From Octopus bimaculoides (lineage: Eukaryota), in contig NC_068981.1 in the NCBI RefSeq assembly GCF_001194135.2, forward strand, positions 170,569,604 to 170,633,603: DNA of 64,000 bases, written 5' to 3'. The position numbers were made by a program, and so were the translations under genes. Each line of letters begins with the position of its first letter. Position 1 is the first letter of the stretch. The notes under the pieces are model-generated. The model saw only the letters and a program-made list of their open reading frames with translations, was not told where the DNA came from and did no database searches. Of this stretch, positions 12,781-24,696 are shown one piece after another.

Positions 12781-13227
12781 AATATATATATATGCGTAAA
12801 AGTCAGACAATGAGAATGAGTATTCAACACTGCATTGGTGGATAATGTTTTTTTTTTTCCTGTTTTAAGGTTGTGATTGGTTTCACGTTAAGAAACTATG
12901 TTAATATCTTAACAGTTCTCCAGCCGGTCACATGGCGGAATGGTGTTCATTTCCGTTATGGATCAAAAGCCGACAATTAGGAGAACTAACAATTATATTC
13001 AAATATGTGTGTGTATGTGTGTGTGTGTGTTTGTGTGTGTGTTTGAGTGAGTGTGTGCGTATATGTGTGTGTGCGCGCGCGCGTCTGTGTATGTGTGTGT
13101 GTTTGTGTGGTTGTGTGAGGGGCATGTGTATCTGCCGACAGTATTTTGTCTCTTTCTGCATATCACGACTTTTCAAATCTAATATCGCGCTATAAACTAT
13201 CTTTTGTGATTTGTAATCTTCTGTCAG

Positions 13228-13228
<1 letters not shown>

Positions 13229-13294
<66 letters not shown>

Positions 13295-13314
13295 GTAATA
13301 ATAATAATAGTAAT
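13229..13314. repeat. (AAT)n microsatellite
   Basis: Direct tandem AAT units. Confidence 0.97.
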
Positions 13315-13334
13315 CAATATTGCTGTTATTGTTG

Positions 13335-13930
13335 CTATTTTATTCCTCAGAGTTCTCGATGTTACTTGCTCCGGTCAATTCTGTTAGAGCGGATAAGATC
13401 TCACATTTTCTCGTTCTACGATATTTCACACCCCATTAGCAATCTCATGATCATCGCTGTTCCCAATACTGCTGTTTTCTGGTCATGTTCTACACTTATG
13501 TCAATTCCAATTTCTGTAACATATTTCTTAAATCTGGTTCTTAGTGATCCTTATACCATTACGGCTAATGAGATGACAGTACTCTCTTCATTGCCCACTT
13601 TCGTACAAATTCCACCTTTTATAGGTTGCATTTTTTTCCATTTATTCCAGCTCTTTTTCACCCATACGGGCATCCTGAGGACCATTGTTTACAAATATGT
13701 GTCACTAAAGAATAGAACAATTTCGATGCGTCAAACAGATGTTCTACCTGAATTAGACATTTGGTGGTTGTTCGCAGTTTTTGGAGAACGAAGGCCCCGA
13801 TACCTTTCTGGATATTAAAAAATATCGTAAAGAAAACTTGTCTGGGTTCAATTTGGATATTTTTAATCCAGGTAAAGCATGATTTCTGGATATGATCCCC
13901 GACCGTATTGTGCTGCCAAACGGAACGTAA
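13335..13930 (-). mobile_element. 3' fragment of an RLE-type non-LTR retrotransposon (R4/Dong-like)
   Basis: Minus frames give HNTVGDHIQKSC, PQDARMGEKELE and GSLRTRFKKYVTEIGIDISVEHDQKTAVLGTAMIMRLL, which match the QKxAxLGTxxIxR C-terminus of RLE LINEs. Paralogous to 31345-31852. Confidence 0.75.
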
Positions 13931-14321
13931 ATGGTGGAAGGCAGGTAACTAAGACTCCATAGCTGCGGGTCCAAGTTGCATTTAAAACCATCTGTCCACC
14001 GCTGCCCCCCTATATCTGGAAGAGGCTATCACTATCATGCTTTTTCCCTTCTTTCATTTTACTCATCAATATACACTATGTATTCATCACTGCTGTGTGT
14101 GTGTGGATGTGTGTATTTATTGTATTCTGTATGCGTGGATGTGTGTGCGTGCGTGTGTGTTCAGTCAATTATTTCGTGATAATTATGTTGATGACACTGT
14201 CTGGTACGCGGTGGTAACATTGTATTGGTGTATCTCAATGATATTTATTTTGCAGTTTTGTGAAAGCGAAAATTTCGTATTATTTTCTGATTTAAAAAAA
14301 ATGTGCGAACACGTCAAATAG

Positions 14322-14810
14322 AGGCTGCGGACGGTATTTGAGAACAGATTTACTGTTAAAAAAAAACACTTATATAATAACAGGAAAAAACTGTATGCTT
14401 ATAAAAATAACATAAACATAAAGCTACATTATCAATTTAATAATTTCATTCAATATAAGCATCAATAACTCTCTCTACGCGGAGTGGAAATCGTTTACAA
14501 TCTCGGATTATGTGGTCCTTCTTCATATCGGACATGACTCGAACTATGGCGGCTTTCAAAAAATCTCTAGTGCTAAGGGGGTGGGGGTTCATTAACATTT
14601 TTCTCAACGATGCTCCATACATAGTAGTCCAGTTGATTGGGATCTGGAGAATTAGGAGGTCAAATGCGGGGTCGGGTGATCATGCAAATTGTGGGCCATC
14701 CTTTTTTGTGTCACTTCAGCCTTGTGTCGCTGAAATTTATATTGAGAACATATTCTTCATGGTTAGATGATTCGGCATCTATTTCTAGCATATAGGAGTC
14801 CACTTTTGCT
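14322..14810 (-). mobile_element. maT/DD37D-like transposase C-terminal fossil
   Basis: Minus strand gives ...PPNSPDPNQLDYYVWSIVEK...DFLKAAIVRVMSDMKKDHIIRDCKRFPLRVERVIDAYIE*, across frameshifts. Confidence 0.75.
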
Positions 14811-14905
14811 GGTCATTCCTCTTATTTTTGTATATATATATATATATATATATAGGGAGAATTCATAAAAAACAAACGACGAAGACAGGTGGTGTAGACA
14901 ACAAT

Positions 14906-14966
<61 letters not shown>

Positions 14967-15077
14967 CGTGTGTGTTCGTGTGTGTATAGGGAGAATTCAC
15001 AAGAAAAAAAAAGACGAAGACAGGTGATGTAGACAACAAAGAGCTGTATTAGTTTAACGCTCGGGCAGTGAAAAAGT

Positions 15078-15113
15078 CTTTAACGTTTCGAGCCTACGCT
15101 GTTCTACAGAAAG
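15078..15113 (-). ncRNA. Second, degenerate hammerhead motif of the same family (core CUGUAGA+A)
   Basis: Minus strand reads CTTT-CTGTAGA-A-CAGC-GTAG-GCTC-GAAAC-GTT-AAAG. Helix II has one mismatch. Confidence 0.55.
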
Positions 15114-15435
15114 GAACACAGAAAGAATCAAGGAGATAAAATAAGTAATGTGTAGTGGCTAGGGATCTATCATGGCGAATGCCGGACAGAGGGGTCACAA
15201 GGGAGAGCTAGGAAGAAAGGGAGATAATAAAGTAGTGGTGATCACAAAACGAAGGTGCGCGTGCGTGTAAATAAGAGCGTATATATGTGCGTGTGGAAGA
15301 GGGCTGGTGACGAAGACGCGTGTGTGTATTATAGGTGTGTGGATGCGGGGCTGGGAAGTCATCAGTGCTAATGTGTGCGTAGTGGTGTGATGGTATTGTT
15401 GGTGAAGCGAGAGTGGAGAAAGCAAGGTGGGGTGT

Positions 15436-15544
15436 GGGTTAGGCTGAGGGTAGGGGTAGAGGTTGGGTATGTGGGTAGGCTGAGAGTAGAGATAGAGGTG
15501 GGGTATGTGGGTAGATTGAGGGTGGGGGTACAGGTAGGGAATGT
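15436..15544 (+). repeat. G-rich ~36 bp minisatellite, 3 units
   Basis: GGGTTAGGCTGAGGGTAGGGGTAGAGGTTGGGTATGT / GGGTAGGCTGAGAGTAGAGATAGAGGTGGGGTATGT / GGGTAGATTGAGGGTGGGGGTACAGGTAGGGAATGT. Confidence 0.85.
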
Positions 15545-15637
15545 GGGAGTGAGTGTAAGGGATGGGGTCGGGCAGGATGGGATGGGTAGGGAAGGTGGAG
15601 TTGGATTGTGTAGGGTGAGGGGGGTTACGAGGGAGAG

Positions 15638-15682
<45 letters not shown>

Positions 15683-16771
15683 GGAGAGAGAGAAAGTGAT
15701 AGAATACATCCGTTTCAATGGAGCAGAATATATATTAATTGAACATCGTTACAATGATAGAGCCGTTTATTTGACTCCGGACGCATTCTAACAAGGAGAA
15801 CATCAAGGGAGAAATGAGTATTACATCATATTTGGTCAGGTACTGTAAAATTTCTTTCATTTTGCGCTTTAAAGAAGAAAGGCATAATCCCCATAAGTGA
15901 ACCAAAAATGAATCAGTTACCAATCGGTAATCGTATCGCAAATGCAGATTACTGTGAGATTATACATGTCATGCTTTGCTGTATTAATATGATGTAACAC
16001 AGGATTGTTTTTAAAGCTAATCTGTTTCACGGTAATGTCATGTTCAACACTTAAGCGATGACGTTATGCCCGTTTCACGAATAGTAAATACATGCAATGT
16101 AATATGGGAACGTGATTCAATCATATCGCTGATCGAAAGCGTAGGTTTCCCTTCAATATTATCAGGATGATAGTTTTGTTATAAAGAATAAAAATTGATA
16201 GTATTCTAAAATCTGTAATACTAATAACGCAAGTGATATTTACTTTGCTTTCGTTGATGAGTCAGGCTGAAGCTAATTCATTTTGTATATGTATCGGTTA
16301 AATCTATTACAGGTTGAAGTGAGATGAACGATAAAATCTAATATATCTAACTTTATATAACGTGCATAGTGATATTTCCATGCAATTCGAACATGCATAA
16401 ATGTAAATGATGTAGGGGCAGAGAGAAAGATAGAGAAATGTATGCCTGTATGTTTATGTACTGTGCATCACACGCACGCACAGGACCACACATGCGCGCG
16501 CTCGTGTGTGTGTGAGTGTGTATGTTTGGTTTGCAAGACACTCGATGTGAATTCGTGTGTTGAAACAAATGCTGTTGTATCGAGTGGAGGGTCATTATGA
16601 CAACAATAAAACTAACTACACCACACAAGCACGTGCATACACGCACACTCGAACACTTACAGACATATACTCACATACATGTAAGCAGTTAAGCGAATAT
16701 ACACACATACATTTGAGAGGATTTGTTTTGATGCGGTCACGGATAGCGATGAAACGACTTCCACATACCAA

Positions 16772-16972
16772 TAATTTGTAAAATACACAAGTACACATAA
16801 TTATTTTTCGCCTGCTGATGCCCATACTGTCTGGGCAAACGGGTACTCTTTCACGTGACATGGTCATCATCCCAATCGACTCTCTTTGTTTTGGGAAATT
16901 TTCATGTCTATAGACTACTACTGAGACATCACTAGGGCAAATATGCCCCTTACTGTGATATTACTAATGTTT
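16772..16972 (+). repeat. Copy 1 of a 201 bp ungapped diverged direct repeat (partner 17487-17687)
   Basis: Manual alignment gives 41 differences over 198 nt (~79% identity) with no indels. Confidence 0.9.
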
Positions 16973-17094
16973 GATCGTCTAAACAACAAATTAAAGAAGC
17001 GATTAATTAGTCGCTGAGACTAACAATGGATGTTTGGGCTAAATTTGACAATTTGTATGAAAGAAAAAAAATACATTATCCCATCAGCCATAAC

Positions 17095-17390
17095 TGTACT
17101 TTCAAAAATTCAAGTAATATCAACCAGATTATGTCTGGAAGATAACACTTTGATCAAAATACCCGCCCTCACGTTCCACTACAGTAACAAGGCCAGGCCA
17201 TATCCTGGCGCATGCGTTCTTCACTTTGTCCCTGAGACGATCGTTAACTCTTCTTTGATCTTGGGCATCAACTCAGCCTTGGTGTGCCAGTCAGTGAGAT
17301 GGGTGTCATTTTTCAACCGTGGCCCACACAGTGATCCATGGGATTACAAACAAGGGAATTAGCAGGCCAGAATGTGATGCTGGTGAAGAC
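17095..17390 (-). mobile_element. maT/DD37D-like transposase C-terminal fossil
   Basis: Minus strand gives FWPANSLVCNPMDHCVWATVEK...KVKNACARIWPGLVTVVEREGGYFD. Confidence 0.7.
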
Positions 17391-17486
17391 GTAGAAATTC
17401 TCCGTTATGCTAGCGTATTCAATTCAAACATTGTTTTATTAAGGTACCCAATAGTTCATATATAAATGATAGCCAAATTATAGCAG

Positions 17487-17687
17487 TAATTTGTAAAATA
17501 CACACGTGCACGTAATTGTTCTTCACCCGCCGTTTCCCATACAGTACTGGCAAACAGACACTCTTTCACGTGTCATAGTTTTCATCCAAGTCGACTCTCT
17601 TTCCACTGGGAAGTTCCCATGTCTATAGACTTCACCTGAGACATCACCCGGGCAAATCTGTCAGTTTCTGTGATATTACGAATGTTT
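17487..17687 (+). repeat. Copy 2 of the 201 bp diverged direct repeat
   Basis: See 16772-16972. Confidence 0.9.
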
Positions 17688-20321
17688 TGCTTGGTAAATT
17701 GTTTTGCTAGTATATAAAAGGAAATATATCAGCTCTTTTCATGTAGCTTCTACTAATATTATTGCCCACATTTTCTGTGTCAGTGTTAATAATAATAACG
17801 TCCATAGAAGAAATGTGTTTAGTTCGTCTGGTGAATTATGTGACTGTATGTTTTATACTGTTCATTTACATTTTATGTTTTTATTTCATCTTTTGCAAAA
17901 CGTGTTTGCTTCAATACCTCCTTGGGAGGGCGTTCCTGCTTGTAGTTGTTTTCGACGCTATTGTTTAAGTTCTTCGAATAGAAATCCCAAAATGTCAAAC
18001 TAATAAAAAAAAAATGTTTCTCTTTCATACTAAAATAATCTTTACTTGTGTGAAATCCTTTCCATAGTATTCCAACGAAGCTGGGAATAATTCTCTTTGA
18101 ACTTGCAAAATATCCGAATATTTGAAACTATCAGAAGCTACTGAATTCGCCACTCGACAACAGCCACAACAACAACAATAACAATAACAATAATAACTTG
18201 GTAAGGATGAAGAAGTAAGGATTTCTTTGATTTGCAACAGTGATGTCGAATAAATGGCACTGTACAAAGAACGGTTATAATGTGTTCGTGTCTACATATG
18301 TACAGGAGAAGACAATTAAAATAAATCGAATGCGATAAAACAAAAATTATATAGTGTATGCAAAAATGATGATATAGTACTCCTGATACAGCGGGCTCTC
18401 CAACAAGGTACAATCAAGGAAAATCACCTTTCTACCTTTATCACCAGGAGAGATTGCTCTCTCCTGATTGTTGTAGAATTATTTTCACTTCTAACACACA
18501 TCTTTCAACTATTTTGTGAAGTATCTGTCATTAATCCATCCAGTCATGCTCGCTACACAAACCCTTCCTCTATGTCCATGGATGGCAAAATATTTCCTTT
18601 TATTCCAGGTTAATAGGTGGGGATGGATGCAAACACTAGATTTTGTTGATAGCCAAATCCATGTGACAAGTGAAAACAGTTTTTTAAGCTACCTTTAATC
18701 ACAACTCATTTCTGACACTGACAAATGTCGTGCAGTGTGGATAAACCGCCTGATCATCCTTTATAAACAACCTGAGATCTGTCGAGAACATTGTTGATGA
18801 TTGTTCACGTACTTCCTCTAACTTCATTGCTTGAATACTGGTGAATAGTGAGCGTTTGAGAACTTTCCTGTTGCCAGGGCCTCAAGTTTGGAATTTGCTT
18901 GTCATACATAGGACTATGTACTGTCAAAGTGCTGAGCTTCGGAAAGAATTGTTTTAAAAACAATGATCACACATGCTCATCTTTCTAGCAATACTCTTGT
19001 CGCCACAGCCGCAGAACGTGGCTGTGTACCAAAATCCACCACATACCGAGCAGAAAGAGATATAGATCTTCACTATTGGAAGTGTGTTTTGGCCTTTTCG
19101 TATCAAGGAGAAGCGGGGATTGAAAATCAAGTCGCAAAGCACGGCGGAGATGAAATGCGATACATATCATATTGTCGCTCGCCACCTCCATCGTATGTCA
19201 GGAATAGTTTCCCATTTAGTTGAGAGACAAAGGAGGTAAACTGAAGTAAATTTAACAGATGGAGAGCACAATTCCAAACGATTCTCACATGTAGCTCTCG
19301 GATCACCGAATATATGACTAACATATAGCAACTGAAGACAAGATAGAAACCGACTGCTTGGAAGGTAGTTGCAAAGTAACAATGGTCGACACTTGTTAGC
19401 ACACGTTTAATCCCCGCCCACACCGGTCTATGGTGTAACATGGGATATGGATGATGCGGATAAATCTCCTCAGAAGTGCACTTATTTGACCCAAACCTAA
19501 CGAACAAGTTCAAATATCAAACAATACTTATCCAACATTTCGTCAATACCTTGGACATATTTATGAACTTATGATTTAGAAAATTATACGCCAGAATGTT
19601 TAGTTATGTTCTCTGTCGCTGTAGTTTTCTCCAGAGTAGAGCTGCCATATTCCGTCTCAAAGAACTTGTAATACTCTGATTTTGCAGCCACGTGCACCAG
19701 ACATCTCATAAAAGGTCACCGTAATAGGTTGTATTCGTTCAGCAACTGCTGTACTTCAGTTGCTGCCATTGGCCTTTCACTGCACCTCATGTATTCTGCC
19801 AAAATTCAGGCCTTCGAGGTAAGCACTAAAAATCTGTTTCCCTACATATTTTCCTTGCAAACACTCGAGGCAAGAGCTCCAGAAAAATAACATACAAGCA
19901 GCATACATCTGCTATTCGGTCCCAAAGAGCCGAAATGCACCTTTCTTATCGCGATGTGCACGCATCAAACAGCGTTCTTCAGTTCGACTGTTCAATGAAT
20001 GAGATTGATTTGAAATGTGTAATTCATAGCCTCGTTAGCTCTGAGAGTACAAACATATTGTTTTACATCACTCGTTTGAGGTCACCGACACTCAAGAGTA
20101 TCTGCAGGTGTGAAAACTTCAGCGCTTACCTATATATTATCAACCTGGGCAAACGTAGACATATCTGGAGTGGAAATTGACAGCAGTAAGATCTCCTGAC
20201 TAGAGAAACTTATTTTATTTCACATAATGCATTAAAAGAGAATTCGCATAATTTCGGTGAGATGTTACCTGAAAGAAGATGAGATGGACACCGCAATAAT
20301 ATAAATGCTAGTCAGTTCCAC

Positions 20322-20498
20322 ATGATTTTTCAGAAATACGTTTTTCTCAACCCAGTTTTGTGTGGTAATGGCAATTCTGCATATATAGATTTTATGCAAC
20401 TCAGCACCAGTTGGATAAAAAGCGATAAAGAGGTTGTGAGCAGAATTGCCATTATCACTTAGAACTGTGTCGAAAGAAGTCTGTCTCTGAAAATTCGT
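20322..20498. mobile_element. MITE-like hairpin with ~55 bp imperfect terminal inverted repeats
   Basis: Left arm TTTTCAGAAATACG...GTGGTAATGGCAATTCTGC; right arm GCAGAATTGCCATTATCAC...CTCTGAAAA. There is a perfect 15 nt core TAATGGCAATTCTGC and a ~60 nt loop. Confidence 0.6.
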
Positions 20499-22168
20499 GT
20501 GTATGTGATAATCTTTACATCATTGCAGTGGCTTACTACGTCATGACCATCTTTCTACCAAGAGGTTGCTGACCAAATTCATGTGCATTGTTCAAAGGAA
20601 GATCGAACGCAGATTGACAAATCCATACCAGAAAAAGTGAGGAAGGATTTTATTACATCTGTATTTCATTATCAATTAAGCCCAACTGCCTAATATTTTC
20701 TGTTACTTTTATAATGTTCTCCAGTGAATGCTAAGGGATTAGCAAGATTTAACAGGAAAATAAGACAAAAGGGGATGACATTTGAAATAAGAAATGCATT
20801 ATTAAAAATCTGTTGTCGGAAAATAGTTTCTAGTAAAGAATAATGGAACGTTAATACAAATTACTATAAAACCCGAATAAAACAAACAAGTATTATTTTT
20901 TTTTAAGGAAGCTAATGAATATATAGTAGGGCTTGATTTAAAGGTTATTTGCAAGGAAAAGGAGTAAAATTTATTTAAAATCAATAAGCGCCAAATGAAA
21001 TTGTAACAAGAGAATTTTATGCTAAAATAATGGCAATAATCATCAGTATTGCAAATAACTCATTAGAATGGACAAAATAGAGTTATAGAGGCCACAATCA
21101 CTGCAAAAGTAGATGGAGTGCAGAACTCAAACCTGAAAATGAAATATTGAGGCATATAAAATGCCTGCTGTTTATAAGGTAGAATAAAAAATAATACGAA
21201 AACAAAATGTGAATTGAATGTGGAATTTAGGAAGAAAGATATCAACTGTGCTTTTAGGGATACTCAGTTTGAACCAAAATGATATATCTACATTCATGAC
21301 ATATTCGAAGAGGCCAATGTTTGAAAAGGGTTCCGGATTCATCAAATATCGATAACAAATGATATAGTAGAAGCAAAAACGAACAAAAATGTTTCAGAAA
21401 ATTAGTTGCGGATTGTAATGTGGCATATGTTCAACCATACAAACAGTATTCACTGGATATTGTTTTGAACGACGACGAGGAAAGGATTGTTAGTAGAAGA
21501 GCCAGTTCATTCAGACGGCGATTAGGAATGAAAGAGGTTATTGATAGAGGGGACCAGTGCATTGAAACAGCAGTATACCGGTAAAAGAATTTGGTCGAAT
21601 ATGCATATATTAAGATCTAGAAAGGGAGACAATCCAAACGTCAGGAATGAAAGTAAATACAATCTCCATAAAAATATTTGCCTCGGGAACGGTTGTAAAA
21701 GATACCAACATATACATAAGTGAAAGGTTTATGGCATCCTAAAATAACACTTCGTGATATTGTACACGTAGCACACAGTGCACAGTTAATGAAATTGAAA
21801 ACAAAAATGCTCCAAATGCAGTCACAGATCATATTACTATGCGTCTTAGTGCGATAAAATGACACAGTAAACACAAACTATTGAATTGAACTAATTATGA
21901 TAATCTAAATCAGAATATCTCAGGAACTATTTTGACCCTAGATAAAAGATTGTCTAATATGAAACTTAATGATAAGGAAATTTCTAAATTCTCTTTCATT
22001 AGAAAAACATTATTGGAAGACAACATTCTGTATTACTCCGACGCTCTATCGCAATTAGTTCTGTATGAGGACTGTGGTGATAGGTTATGCGGAGTTAATA
22101 AACATGTCCACATATATTCACACTCAGCATCACATTACATCGTGAGCTAAACACACCAGGCGAAAATA

Positions 22169-22900
22169 TTAGGTTGGCAAAAATTCCCTTCTATATTTAA
22201 AGCGAAAATAAGACATAAATTAAACAGAAAGCGATTTATTCAGTCAATTTTATAATTACCGATTTGCACCAGTATCATCTGCCATTCTTTGTTCCATTAT
22301 TTTCCACTTCAAACATCTTTTGTGTTTACTGGCGGAAAAACTCTTTTAGATGAAATTTTACATTCTCTTCAGATCTGAAGGTCTTTCCATTCAAGGAATG
22401 TTAAAGAAACCGAAATAGATGGATCGCTTAAGTCTAAAAATCAGGTTAATATGGAGGGTATGGCAAAACCTCTCAGCCAAACCTGAGTAACCTCTGCATA
22501 GTCTGCAAAGAAGTGTGGTTTGTCATGATGAAAGATAATGCCCTTACAATTAGCACGAGCTGGACGCTTTCGATGAATCACTGCGTTTAATTTTACTAGC
22601 TGATCACAGTGCAAATCCTAATTGATAGCTCTCGTACTATCCATCGGAAGATGATTTTAAAGGACATCACCCTTCCAATCCCATCAAATTAAAGAATAAT
22701 CTGCTGTGGATGAAGCCCCGCTTTGGGGGTGGTTTGCGATGTTTCTCCTCGTGATAGTTTTCACCTCACACTATTATAGACAAACCATCTCCCGTCTTCT
22801 GTCACCACTATCTTTTAAAAAGTCGTTTTCTCCACAAGTTTGCAACAAATTGCAGATGGAAATCAGATGAGCGAGGTTCGTGCAACGGCCAGACAAATTT
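22169..22900 (-). mobile_element. mariner (DD34D-type) transposon fossil, 3' two-thirds
   Basis: TA followed by TIR-like TTAGGTTGGCAAAA at 22167. Minus-strand remnants: WDWKG, DQLVKLNAVIHRKRPARANCKGIIFHHDK and a degenerate PPYSPDL region. Confidence 0.8.
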
Positions 22901-24004
22901 TAGCTACTTATTACAGTGCTTGGAGCTTAGTGTCAACAAAAATACGAACGGACCTTTGGGACAAACCCATAGAATCCTCTCCCACACTTTTTATAAGGTA
23001 CTCAGTGAACATTACACTTACCCAGTAAGATACTAAAGCACCTGTGACAAACACACTATCTTTCATATTCGTCATTTCAGACAATTATTATTTGTCCTTT
23101 TAATTATGGGTGATAAGTTACCAGAATCATCAGAGATTCGGACAAAGCGCCTTACCACACATTTGATGTGGTTGAAACCCCGTTTAGATCAGCGCAGAAT
23201 AACGTAAATGTTACTTGTTTTCTCTGAGAAAGAGAGAAAATAGGGAGAGAAAGTAGGATAGACAGACACTTATAGATTGGAATAGAATTGATAGCAATAT
23301 TCTTGAAAATAATTGGAATATGAAACCGTGTCTTACATAGGTATCATTTTGTTCTTCTTTACTTTCCAACCATCCTCTTCCGTTGGGCATTATTTTTCTT
23401 ATTTGTACACAACCCAATGTATTACGCAGAAATGCTCTTGGTTTTACGCTCATAATGTTAAGGATTTTAAGTCTTTATCTCCTTATTTCACTAAAATCTC
23501 TCCGTTTATTTGATTCATTTTGAAAGACATGGTACTGACAAACCAACATTTTACTACGATTGGTAAGTAAGTGCCTAGTAATCTTAAAAGTCGACTCGCA
23601 ACTGTAAGGAACATCTTCATATTGTCCAATATCGAGTAACATCAAACTACTATCAGAATGATTAAACAAATTCTACTTGAATGAAATCAAATTTATAAAT
23701 ACGCACATTAATGGGTAATTTTAATTACATTTAACTTTGTGCTCTGAAGATCTTTCCTCTGTCTCTTGAAGATTCCGTGTCAAATGAATATCATATATCT
23801 AAACAATTAAATTCGTGCACAAGTTAATTGTTAATTGTTAATACACTACTGCTGTTAGATAATTATCTCATCACAAATTCGATTTCTCTCACACCTTTAA
23901 CTGAATGCTAATAATTACTCAATTTATTATCATAGCAATATGGCTACCTAGATTTTAACATATCAGCAACTTCAAATGACAAGTATAGCAGGAGTATCAG
24001 AAAT

Positions 24005-24035
24005 AGTCGTAGTGGTGGTGGTGGTGGTAGTAGTG

Positions 24036-24096
<61 letters not shown>

Positions 24097-24104
24097 CAGT
24101 AGTA
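24005..24104. repeat. (GTG)n/(GTA)n trinucleotide microsatellite
   Basis: Direct tandem units. Confidence 0.95.
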
Positions 24105-24589
24105 AGAGAAAATGCGAAGAATATGGAAGGAAAATATTTTTGTATTAATGTTTTCATTATTACCACGTAAATATGATTTTGATTTTCTTGAAAATCATTG
24201 TAAGACAAATACAATCATAAACCAATATACAAAATGTATAAAGTATTTAATTTATGCCGTGAGAAGGAAAAATTCCGAATTATTGACATTGCATCATCGT
24301 CGGGAACAAAATGGAAAACAAAAAAAAAAAGAGAAATAAGTGAAAGGATTCTACGTACAAAGCGTTCAAAGCAAAACGTGGAAGTGATGTAGAAAAGCGG
24401 AAATGTTGATTTGGAGCCAACAAGAGAGAGGAAAGAGAAAAACATGGTGAATACGGAGGAAGTATGAGAAGGGACACTGCATTGGTGCATGTATTTGTAT
24501 GTAGGTATGTCTGGCCATAAAGTACGGATACGCACCATTATGCACGTACTATATAGATGCACACACATATACATATAAACTACAGTTAG

Positions 24590-24696
<107 letters not shown>

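Larger units (their letters stand above)
14853..15640 (-). mobile_element. Penelope-like 3' region/terminus with a duplicated end (14853-14905 repeats 14987-15040)
   Basis: The terminal sequence TAGGGAGAATTCA..AAAAA..AAGACGAAGACAGGTG.TGTAGACAACAA occurs twice, separated by (CA)/(TA)/(GT) repeats. Hammerhead motif at 15078-15113 and a long purine-rich tract beyond. Confidence 0.55.

Noticed and set aside
13366-13818. 150 aa plus-strand ORF
   Set aside because: It is the antisense shadow of the RLE LINE fragment.
17487-17687. THAP-like pattern (C...FP...W...R..VC) in one minus frame of the 201 bp repeat
   Set aside because: It is too short, lacks the essential HF, and W is not shared by the other copy.
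18043-18139. Possible minus-strand exon ASDSFKYSDILQVQRELFPASLEYYGKDFTQ with a GTAAAG donor
   Set aside because: The acceptor lacks a good pyrimidine tract and no family is recognised; it cannot be distinguished from chance.
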